From contig JAXGJB010000032.1 of assembly GCA_040770465.1 (NCBI GenBank), forward strand, positions 1 to 34,031: a stretch of DNA of 34,031 nucleotides, in the 5' to 3' direction. The notes beneath the pieces are model-generated. The model searched no databases. It had not been told where the DNA came from and saw nothing but the letters and a program-made list of their open reading frames with translations. The position numbers and the translations under genes are program-made. Shown piece after piece: positions 9,496 through 18,582 of this stretch (within the stretch, counting starts at the first letter, position 1; each line of letters starts with the position of its first letter). Source of the stretch: Methanothrix sp. (lineage in GTDB: Archaea > Halobacteriota > Methanosarcinia > Methanotrichales > Methanotrichaceae).

Positions 9496-9541
9496 GATTG
9501 GTCATACACCCCTTTATTCAGGTCTATTGAGCTGGCGACCT

Positions 9542-9589
9542 CCGCCCCTCGCCCTCCGAGGCCGGTCCGGCCGGAGGGCGAATTGGCGG
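9542..9589 (-). promoter_or_regulatory. GC-rich stem-loop in the probable glnA 5' leader
   Basis: Minus strand reads CCGCC-AAT-TCGCCCTCC-GGCCG-GAC-CGGCC-TC-GGAGGGCGA-GG-GGCGG. It lies between a TATA-like TATATTAAA (~9629-9637, minus) and the start codon. Confidence 0.45.
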
Positions 9590-9723
9590 CGGCAGATTCC
9601 TCTAAAGACTCCAGATGACCCGACCTCCTTTAATATAGTCATCGGCCCGAGGTCGAGATCCCTCCATCAATTATCAATTACCCTTATCTATTGGCTTATC
9701 CCACGAACCTGTCGGTAGATCAA

Positions 9724-11154
9724 ATGTCTGGTGCAAAGGTTCTGGTTGTTGATGCCGGCGGCAGGGGGAACGCCATAGCCCACGCCTTCGCGAGAAGCCC
9801 TCTGGTGGAGCGGGTGTACGTCGCCCCGGGAAACGCGGGAAGCTCGATTTTGGAGAAGTGCGAGCTCGCTTCGAGGAGGGGAAGCCCCATCAAGGATATC
9901 TCCGATCTCGCCATCTTCGCCAGGGAGGTGGGGATTGACCTCACCTTCGTCGGCCCCGAGGGTTATCTATCCGACGGGATAGTCAACGTCTTCTCCGAGG
10001 AGGGGCTTCGTATCGTCGGTCCGCGACGGGAGGCGACGATCCTAGAGGGGAGCAAGTGCGATACCAAGGACTTTCTGAAGACCATCGGGGTCCCCATCCC
10101 CCGCCACCAAAACTTCAGCGACGCCGGGGAGGCCGAGGAGTACGCCGTCGCCTTCTATCGGGAGAACCCGAAGAAGAACCTGGTGGTGAAGGCCGACGGC
10201 CTCGCCGCGGGGAAGGGGTCGATCGTCTGCGGCTCTGCGGAGGAGGCGGTCTCGGCGATCGAGAGGATCATGGTCGAGCCGAAGATCTTCGGCGATGCCG
10301 GTCGGCGAGTCGACATCGAGGAGAGGCTCGCAGGAAGGGAGCTGATGTTCTTCGCCGTCACCGACGGGCGGACGGTCCTCCCCCTGGAGTCGGCGATGGA
10401 CTACAAGCGGGCCTTCGGACCCGACGAAGAGGTGGCGATCCGCCTCTTCAACAAGCTATCGGGAAACCCCAGCCTCGAGAACAACCCCAACACCGGAGGG
10501 ATGGGCGGCTACTCGCCCCACCCCTGGCTCGACCGGGATCTGACGGAGACGATCATGGAGACGATCGCCGTGCCCACCATCAGAGGATTCAGGGAGGCTT
10601 TTGGCGTCGAGTACAGGGGCATGATCTACTTCGGCCTGATGATCTGTGAGGAGGGAGGAAAGCGGGTCCCGCGAGTCCTGGAGATCAACGTGAGGCTCGG
10701 CGACCCCGAGGCGGAGGTGATCCTCCCAAGGCTTGAGACTGACATGTACCTCCTCTCAAGGGCGATCCTGGACAAAGATCTCGACTCCATAGACCTCAAA
10801 TGGTCGCCTGACACCTGCGTCGGGGTCTGCGCCATCAGCGGGCGTGTGGTCAAGCCGGTGACGAGCGGCGGAGTCGGGGAGGAGCGGCCCGGTTACCCCG
10901 GCCCCCACTACACCAACATGCCGATCAGGGGCCTGGATGAGGTCGACCCCGAAGTCCTGGTCTATCACAACGGGACGGCCTTCGGAAAAGATGCCCAGGG
11001 AAACGATCAGCTCTTCACCACCGGAGGTAGGGTCCTCACCGTCGTCGGCCGGGGCGAGAGCCTCGATTTGGCGAGGGAGAAGGCCTACAGGAACATCCGG
11101 AAGATCAGGTTCAACGGGATCAGGTACCGGCGGGACATCGGTCTATCCGTCTGA
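9724..11154 (+). CDS. purD: Phosphoribosylamine--glycine ligase
   Basis: VYVAPGNAG, FVGPE, LEGSK, VVKADGLAAGKG, NTGGMGGYSP, EINVRLGDPE, TTGGRVL. Start moved to the ATG at 9724. Confidence 0.96.
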   Translation: MSGAKVLVVDAGGRGNAIAHAFARSPLVERVYVAPGNAGSSILEKCELASRRGSPIKDISDLAIFAREVGIDLTFVGPEGYLSDGIVNVFSEEGLRIVGPRREATILEGSKCDTKDFLKTIGVPIPRHQNFSDAGEAEEYAVAFYRENPKKNLVVKADGLAAGKGSIVCGSAEEAVSAIERIMVEPKIFGDAGRRVDIEERLAGRELMFFAVTDGRTVLPLESAMDYKRAFGPDEEVAIRLFNKLSGNPSLENNPNTGGMGGYSPHPWLDRDLTETIMETIAVPTIRGFREAFGVEYRGMIYFGLMICEEGGKRVPRVLEINVRLGDPEAEVILPRLETDMYLLSRAILDKDLDSIDLKWSPDTCVGVCAISGRVVKPVTSGGVGEERPGYPGPHYTNMPIRGLDEVDPEVLVYHNGTAFGKDAQGNDQLFTTGGRVLTVVGRGESLDLAREKAYRNIRKIRFNGIRYRRDIGLSV

Positions 11155-11183
11155 GCTTTGTGAAATGTTTGCGAAATGAATGA

Positions 11184-12260
<1,077 letters not shown>

Positions 12261-12378
12261 ATGGAAGGCTTTACATCGGATGTTGGACTATCATGGCGTC
12301 TGAGGTCGAGGGGGGAGGTGCTTTCCAGGTCGGCCTCCTGCCCCAGCCGGTCTCTCCTGTTGCGGCATCTTTCCTCCC

Positions 12379-12660
12379 CTAACCCTGCGACGTCTTTTCG
12401 ATCTCGCTCAACCGGAACTTGCCCCCACGCTCGTCTCCCAAAAACTCCGCCTGCCCAGTGACTACGTCTCCTGACGAGAGAGACGGCATGGGGTCAAAGG
12501 CAAATCCCTCAGCCCTCTCGCCTACGTGGGCAAAGTCAGGTCCGCTCAAACTCTTCGACTCGATGATCTCCAGATCGATGATCCATTTATCAGGATGATC
12601 AGAAGACCGTTCAAGAGACAACACCTTCGCCTTGATCTGGGATCGGTTGGGGGCTGCCAT
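12379..12660 (-). CDS. Small beta-rich hypothetical protein (possible OB-fold), last gene of the M6 protease cluster
   Basis: RBS GAGGTG before the ATG. Alternating hydrophobic strands (IKAKVLSLE, WIIDLEIIE, GDVVTGQAEF, FRLSEIE). No signal peptide. Confidence 0.75.
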   Translation of the reverse strand: MAAPNRSQIKAKVLSLERSSDHPDKWIIDLEIIESKSLSGPDFAHVGERAEGFAFDPMPSLSSGDVVTGQAEFLGDERGGKFRLSEIEKTSQG

Positions 12661-12752
12661 GACACCTCTAAACTCGAGCGCTATAACTAGACCTCCTACA
12701 AATCGGCAAAATGGGAGGAAGAAGTGGCCTAAAAAAAGCCACTCAAATCCCT

Positions 12753-13187
12753 CTAACCTTTATTTTTGCCCTCGGGCTTCTCTTCGGGCGTGGGAATTTC
12801 AGCCGTCTTCAGCTCGCTCAGCGGCTCTGGTCTGGGAATCGCCCCAGCCTCTCCAGAGACCTGCACCGGAGACGTCGGTATAGGTGCGGCTCCCAATGCG
12901 CGAACTTCAAACTGGCTCAAGGTTTCCGGTGTGGGCAAATCCTCCATCGTCTCCGCAGCCTTCATCTGAGCTTCGATCATCGAAGGGACGGGAAGCCCGG
13001 CGGTCAGAGCAGTTTCTAAAGCTGCTGCTCCCGCCATTGCCTGTGTCTGTTCAGGCACAGGCAAATTCGTCAGGCTGAGTGAGCCGGTAGTGGCGCCCAG
13101 TGACTGCCCCAGTTCTGATGCTACTGGTGCAGGCGGAGAGCCGGTTCTTTCCGGCGTTGAGATCTTGATCGTCACTTCTGGACCCAT
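12753..13187 (-). CDS. Pro/Glu/Ala/Thr-rich, probably disordered protein with repeated xPxP motifs
   Basis: ATG at 13187 follows GAGGT. A short N-terminal strand EVTIKIS is followed by LPVP, LPVP, LPTP, APIP, IPRP and IPTP. Confidence 0.75.
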   Translation of the reverse strand: MGPEVTIKISTPERTGSPPAPVASELGQSLGATTGSLSLTNLPVPEQTQAMAGAAALETALTAGLPVPSMIEAQMKAAETMEDLPTPETLSQFEVRALGAAPIPTSPVQVSGEAGAIPRPEPLSELKTAEIPTPEEKPEGKNKG

Positions 13188-13210
13188 AATATAACCTCGT
13201 CCGACATCGA

Positions 13211-13435
13211 TCAAAGCAGATACGCCGTGATGATCAGCCCGCTGTCGTCGATGTTCACGTTCACCTGCCGGTTATTCGCTTTGGCGGCGCACATCAAGAT
13301 GAAAAGATTTGTGACGCCGTCTGCCGAACCGTCCTTGATCCGTCTCCAGCCGACCCCGCTTATATCCGCCCACGCCCACTGAGTGGTGTGGTGAACGAAG
13401 GTCGAATTTACAGTCCGATTGTTGTACCAGACCAT
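13211..13435 (-). CDS. 74-aa protein, stand-alone copy 2 of the M6 protease C-terminal domain
   Basis: RBS GAGGTGA then ATG 13435. It has 9 nt differences in 225 from copy 1, giving one amino-acid change. Confidence 0.9.
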   Translation of the reverse strand: MVWYNNRTVNSTFVHHTTQWAWADISGVGWRRIKDGSADGVTNLFILMCAAKANNRQVNVNIDDSGLIITAYLL

Positions 13436-13486
13436 TATCCTCACCTCTCAAACAAGATATCTTTTCCGAATCCTATCATACATCGA

Positions 13487-13717
13487 TCATAGCAGATACG
13501 CCGTGATGATCAGCCCGCTGTCATCGATGTTCACGTTCACCTGCCGGTTATTCGCTTTGGCGGCGCACATCATGATGAATAGGTTTGTGACGCCGTCTGC
13601 CGAACCGTCCTTGATCCGTCTCCAGCCGACCCCACTTATATCCGCCCACGCCCATTGGGTGGTGTGGTGAACGAATGTCGAATTTACAGTCCGATTGTTG
13701 TACCAGACCATCTTCAT
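13487..13717 (-). CDS. 74-76-aa protein, stand-alone copy 1 of the M6 protease C-terminal domain
   Basis: RBS AAGGAGG, start at 13717 or 13711. About 44 of 74 residues are identical to the protease C-terminus by hand alignment. Confidence 0.9.
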   Translation of the reverse strand: MKMVWYNNRTVNSTFVHHTTQWAWADISGVGWRRIKDGSADGVTNLFIMMCAAKANNRQVNVNIDDSGLIITAYLL

Positions 13718-13756
13718 ATCCCTCCTTTAAAGCCCAACTTTGATCAAACTGCCGTC

Positions 13757-15334
13757 CTAGACGAGATACATAGTGTACAAGAACTCGTTGTCTACGTAGA
13801 CGTGCGCCTGCTTGTTGTTTGCGACAGCCTCGCAGCAAGCGTTGAAGATGTTGGTTACGCCGTCAGCCGAGCCGTCCTTTATACGTCTCCAACCGAGGGT
13901 GTCGATGTTTGCCCACGCCCATTGTGTTGTATGGTGAGCGAAGGTTGACAGTACCTTCTTGTTGTAGTACCAGGCCTTCACCGCCGCCCCTCCAACGTTG
14001 ATATTCGCCTTTATGTCGTCACCAGAACGCTGTATGTCTGTCACACTCACTTTTGAATCCGAGCCGCTGTACGCCTTGCTGCTTGGATTGCTGGTTGCAG
14101 TAAATTCTGAGCTGGTTGAGGGGAACATATCTGCGGCATTGCCGCTGTTGATGTTCTTATTCAGCTCGAATTTACCGTCAGCTTGCTCCACATCTACAAG
14201 GTAGTGGTTCTGGTCGTTGTTGTTCAGCTGATTCTCGTCAACGTGAAGTATCGATAGACCCTCACCAGGAAGATCCATCTCGAATCCAGTCTTCTTTCGA
14301 TTTGAGAGGAGGAAGTACTCCTTGCTGTTGATATCTCCGACGGGAAGCTTGTAGACCTGTGCGTTGGTGGCGTACGGCTTGATGGTGACAGCCTGCTGTG
14401 CGTTGAATATCGTCACCGGGTTGACCCAGCCGAGTTTCGTCTTACACCAGCTGGTTGGATGAGCAGGATTACTGCCGCCTCCGTTCCAGCTTCCACCGGC
14501 CATCAGACACCAGCGGCCAACTCCGGCGGAGTCGTAGTCGTAGTCGTACAAGTCTGGCAGACCGAAGACGTGCCCCAGTTCGTGGCAGAATACTCCGATC
14601 TTTCCGTCCTCAGGTTCCATGGAGTAGCTGCTGACCTTCACCCCATCAACGGTCTTTGGATTAATTCCCCATTGATGCGACCATATGTGATCGACGTTCC
14701 CCGTGGTCTCGGCTCCAGGACCCGCGTGCACGATGAAAAGAGCATCGACCACCCCATCTCCATCGTTGTCGTAATTGGCGAAGTTCACGTGAGGGGCGGC
14801 GAGATCTACCGCATCTTCGACCAGCTTTTGAGCGTTTTTGGGATATGTCCCAAATCCATACTCGCCGTTTGTGTAGTATGTATACGCCTGGGGTGCCCGA
14901 TACCAGCCTGCGGTTGGGCCACCTTCACCGCTCACATCACCGGTTACAGTGAGCTTATTGTAGGATGCCTCCCAGTAGAAGTCCCTCAGGCTTTTTGTCG
15001 CCCCTCCGCTTGAGAACAGCATGTCTGCAAAATGTCCCTTGCTCTGGGTGGCGGTATTATTAGAGAAATCTACCAGTAGAACAAGGGCCTTCCTCGTTCC
15101 AACTACCGGAGCAAGTTTTGCCTCTCTGGAGATGAGGGTATGGGATCGAGTTCTCATGGGACGGGATGTTATCAGCTGAAAACTTCTGAGATCCAGGACG
15201 TCTACTGTAGTCGTTGATGGCAAAGCTTCTTTAGCACTGAACATCTTCTTCGTTTTGATAATTTTTTTCTCCAATTCAGGAGATGGCGGCACTATACGTG
15301 GTTTAGAAGCCATTTTCATAAACCAATCCTCCAT
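13757..15334 (-). CDS. M6-family (immune inhibitor A-like) zinc metalloprotease with no signal peptide
   Basis: ALVLLVDFS, SLRDFY.EASY, YDNDGDGVVDALFIVHAG.G.E, IWSH.W, zinc motif HELGHVFGLPDLYD, Met-turn WCLMAGGSW, LGW, EYFLL.NR. The N-terminus is hydrophilic with a PPSPEL pro-region. Confidence 0.93.
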   Translation of the reverse strand: MEDWFMKMASKPRIVPPSPELEKKIIKTKKMFSAKEALPSTTTVDVLDLRSFQLITSRPMRTRSHTLISREAKLAPVVGTRKALVLLVDFSNNTATQSKGHFADMLFSSGGATKSLRDFYWEASYNKLTVTGDVSGEGGPTAGWYRAPQAYTYYTNGEYGFGTYPKNAQKLVEDAVDLAAPHVNFANYDNDGDGVVDALFIVHAGPGAETTGNVDHIWSHQWGINPKTVDGVKVSSYSMEPEDGKIGVFCHELGHVFGLPDLYDYDYDSAGVGRWCLMAGGSWNGGGSNPAHPTSWCKTKLGWVNPVTIFNAQQAVTIKPYATNAQVYKLPVGDINSKEYFLLSNRKKTGFEMDLPGEGLSILHVDENQLNNNDQNHYLVDVEQADGKFELNKNINSGNAADMFPSTSSEFTATSNPSSKAYSGSDSKVSVTDIQRSGDDIKANINVGGAAVKAWYYNKKVLSTFAHHTTQWAWANIDTLGWRRIKDGSADGVTNIFNACCEAVANNKQAHVYVDNEFLYTMYLV

Positions 15335-15666
15335 TTATCCCAATTTAGTTCTGAATGTACTCTACCAGAGTAATTCAACTTTTAGTATCTACATCTAATC
15401 ATACATCTTAATATAGTTTACGATCCAAATATTAAATAAAAACTCAATTGTAATTAATAAAATATATAAATATTTTAAGTGATTATTCTCAATTTTATTT
15501 GGAAAAAACATCATGCGGGTTATATCCAGATATTTTATTAAGGATTTGAGATATATGCAACAAATTATTCATAAAACTTTTACCGAGTTCGCCTCGCGTC
15601 TCAGCTTCGCAAAAAGCAGGGTTGAGAAATTTCCGGACGGAAAATTAAGTTCTAATAGTTGGGTTC

Positions 15667-15792
15667 ATGACCGGAGAGCGCGCTGCCTTCACCCAGACCT
15701 CGGCCATCACCGGCCTCGGCGGCGCCGGCAAGACCCAGCTCGCCATGGAGTACTCCTACCGCCACGCGAACGATTACAAGGTCATCGGTTAA
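15667..15792 (+). pseudogene. Remnant of an NB-ARC/STAND NTPase (P-loop segment only)
   Basis: My translation is [41 protein letters not shown], matching the AI.GLGG.GKTQLA.EY.YRH...Y..V.W start of NB-ARC-TPR proteins. Confidence 0.85.
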
Positions 15793-15805
15793 GCCCACCA
15801 CTTTC

Positions 15806-15937
15806 AGCGAGAGCTTCCAAGCGGTGGAGAAGGAGATCGAGCTGATGAGCCCGAAGGCGGCAGCAAGGGTGAGGGAGGCCGCGGAGCTGATGGACGCGTG
15901 CACCGCGAAGCTGGAGGAGGCGAAAGATCAAATATGA
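15806..15937 (+). pseudogene. 3' half of a small helical His-rich (HWIEHN-type) protein gene
   Basis: SESFQAVEKEIELMSPKAAARVREAAELMDACTAKLEEAKDQI*. Positions 15805-15861 match 18489-18545 at 52/57 nt. Confidence 0.65.
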
Positions 15938-16452
15938 TTTTCAATTATTCAGTAGGGCGATATTTAATTTCGCCGCAAGGATTATTGGTCGTCTCATATA
16001 GTCACACATCTTCAAATTTTAAGATAATCTCATAATTGTCATCTATACTTATCGTGACCTTAGTAGGATAGGAAAAGGGTATTTTGGCGACTATTTTTTC
16101 GCGCCGCATATTCGCATCACCATCCTTTACAAGACTTTTGCTCATAGGGTTCGTTCTTATTCATCATTATATAAATTTTTTAAATTATACGATATATAAA
16201 GATATTTAGCAATATAAATTCCTTAATTATATTATAAGTTATTATTATCTAAATACATATAACATTTTACTTCAAAAGGAGATCCATCTATTGCGCTTGT
16301 ATCGGTTCTATGAGCGCAATTTTAAATCAACTTATACTGTAAGAAACCGATAGTTTTAAATAAGTTTAATACGAAATAGCTAGACCATTGAGCAGTTTAA
16401 TTTAGAAGATTTAGTTTAATTCCAAAATATGTGCTTTAAGGAGGGGGCGAAG

Positions 16453-17703
16453 TTGAAATCAAGATACTTCTTGGTATTATGCCTAGCACTCGTAGTAGGC
16501 GTGGCATCTGGATCATCCGTTTATCAGCTGATTGGAACGGGTGGTTCCGATAAATTCGATCTAAATTTGAACAGCACTCAGAAAAACGATAGCCTATATG
16601 AAATATATCTCGCTCAACCGGTTATCTCAACGTTCTACATCCCGCAAAACTATTCCAGTGATATCATCGCATATATATATGACGACGAAATCACTTTAAA
16701 TGGTGGGCATGTTTTTGAATTTGAAGGCCATATGGAAGTAGAAAACGACCATGATACATATAGTATAGAAGTTCCAGGGCCATCGAGAATCATTGTAGAA
16801 AATTTTGGAGATATAACCTGTTCAGAACGGTATAATAGTCGTCCCCAAGTATGCTACATCAAGTCGACAGGTTATTTGGTAGATGCTGATCACAATTTAC
16901 ACCGCATCGGAAATGTGAAGATTATCACAGATAAGGGATCTTCGTTTGAATATTTAGGAACTAGATGCCTTCTTCGGTTCCAACGTGTTCGAATCGTCAC
17001 TGAAGACGGCTTAACGGACCCAAAATACGTCCCGGATCCCGGCGACATGATCATAACTTGGTCTGGTGTTGAACGGCGACCAATTTTTATTCCACCTACG
17101 ATACCTTCCGATTTTGCGATTATCTCTCTCATTGACGTCTCGCAGATCTATATGACAGCTGGAGCATCTGGGGATATAACTAACGTGACTTACAGCATCA
17201 CAGCGAGTAACACCGGTGAAACTAAGCTAAAGAACGTAACCTTGACTGACATGTTGCCTCCTGGCATGGAATTTCACGATGCAGTATACTCCAGCGGTGG
17301 GGAACCTGACCTGCTGTCATTGAAACGTACGAAACTTGACTGCGAATGGCTGGTGAACGTCGTTCTGTACCTCGGCGACTTGGACACCAGCGAGAGCAAA
17401 TTGCTCCTTTTAAACGCATCTCATGAAGGCTCGGAAAAGGAAGAGGATTATTACGGCAATAATAGCGTCATCGTTTTCGGAGAAGCTGCAGATATGCTTA
17501 AAGTAAATGCATCAAGCGACACAGCCGAACCCATTAATAATGCAACCGGGAACGAAACCGACGAAGATGGAAATGGAAATGAGACCGAAACCAGTGAACC
17601 ACTTGAAAATGAGACGGAAAGCAACGAAACCGGAGCGTCGGACAATCAATCAGTAAACATAGTTCTCACCCCGCTGACGTTAATGACTGCACTGTGTCCC
17701 TAG
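16453..17703 (+). CDS. Secreted/surface protein with a DUF11-type Ig-like domain and an acidic N-x-T-rich tail
   Basis: Signal peptide after TTG 16453 (RBS GGAGGGGG). VTYSITASNTGETKLKNVTLTDMLPPGMEF is the DUF11 pattern. The tail has repeated NET/NAT sequons. Confidence 0.8.
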   Translation: MKSRYFLVLCLALVVGVASGSSVYQLIGTGGSDKFDLNLNSTQKNDSLYEIYLAQPVISTFYIPQNYSSDIIAYIYDDEITLNGGHVFEFEGHMEVENDHDTYSIEVPGPSRIIVENFGDITCSERYNSRPQVCYIKSTGYLVDADHNLHRIGNVKIITDKGSSFEYLGTRCLLRFQRVRIVTEDGLTDPKYVPDPGDMIITWSGVERRPIFIPPTIPSDFAIISLIDVSQIYMTAGASGDITNVTYSITASNTGETKLKNVTLTDMLPPGMEFHDAVYSSGGEPDLLSLKRTKLDCEWLVNVVLYLGDLDTSESKLLLLNASHEGSEKEEDYYGNNSVIVFGEAADMLKVNASSDTAEPINNATGNETDEDGNGNETETSEPLENETESNETGASDNQSVNIVLTPLTLMTALCP

Positions 17704-17765
17704 AATCATCACCAGTGATGAGATGGAGAACTCAAAGAAGTAGATCAGGGGAATCTGACAGTAAG

Positions 17766-17811
17766 AATCTGCCTCCGGATTATACCGAGGGGCAGATTAG
17801 TATAATTTTTT
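17766..17811 (+). terminator. Stem-loop followed by a T-tract
   Basis: AATCTGCC...GGCAGATT (17766-17798) then a T-run, about 60 nt after the stop of the upstream gene. Confidence 0.5.
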
Positions 17812-18379
17812 AGATAGTAATAATCTTGTTCACCATTCGGAGTGACTGTGGCTGGATTCGTCATGTGCTCTCGGGCCCACGCCCCGGAAAGTCCTCCTCC
17901 TACCCCCCTTCGCAGGTCCTTGCTAATCGAACCATGGGGGTCGGTCGTCTCCTTCAGATCCCAGGAACAAGAAAGAGCCTTGACTCCTGGTCCACCACCA
18001 CGGAGTCGCGTAGAGAAGGCTTGCCTGGAAGATCTGCCCTGGAACGCTGAGGCGGTGGAGGTGGCAATTTGAGATTTGTCCTGGTGTCGTTAGCCCGGCG
18101 GGGATGGCTACATAGAGCCCAGGGAGGGGTCCCCGGCTATTATTAATACTTGATGTGCAAGGAAAGCTCGGAGGCCAGGGCCTGCTGCTGGAGATCTCCG
18201 ACTACATGATAAGCTGGAGTTATATTCCATAAACCGACCAAAGGAATTCGTGACTCTTGTGCCGATCTACCGAAGGCTGGCGGGTCGGCCAGCAGCCGAA
18301 GTACGCAAAGTGACTCGTTTCTGAGGTAGCGGGGCAAGTTTAGGAGCAAGGTTGAGATCAGGATAAGGAGGCGTTCAAA

Positions 18380-18561
18380 TTGCACGAGCATGATGAACTG
18401 CACAAGCACGATTTGCACAAACGCGAACTAAATGCGCACGAGATCTAGCTACCTTTTGGAGCACTGAATCGAGCACAACAAGAGCTACCAGCGAGAGCTT
18501 TCAAGCGATGGAGAAGTAGATCGAGCCGGTGAGCCCGAAGGCGGCGGGAGAGGTGTGAGGG
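18380..18561 (+). pseudogene. Degraded 5' portion of the same His-rich HWIEHN-type gene
   Basis: RBS GGAGG and TTG start. Reads MHEHDELHKHDLHKRELNAHE / SYLLEH*IEHNKS / SESFQAMEK*IEPVSPKAAGEV* with two frameshifts and nonsense codons. Confidence 0.65.
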
Positions 18562-18582
18562 CTAGTCCCCCACTTTCCCTCC

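Noticed and set aside
13211-13972. Possible diversity-generating retroelement TR/VR pair
   Set aside because: Differences are not adenine-specific, are nearly all synonymous, and there is no reverse transcriptase in the window.
17826-18370. Moderately GC-rich stretch that looks like a decayed gene
   Set aside because: No frame gave a motif I could identify; BLASTX is needed.
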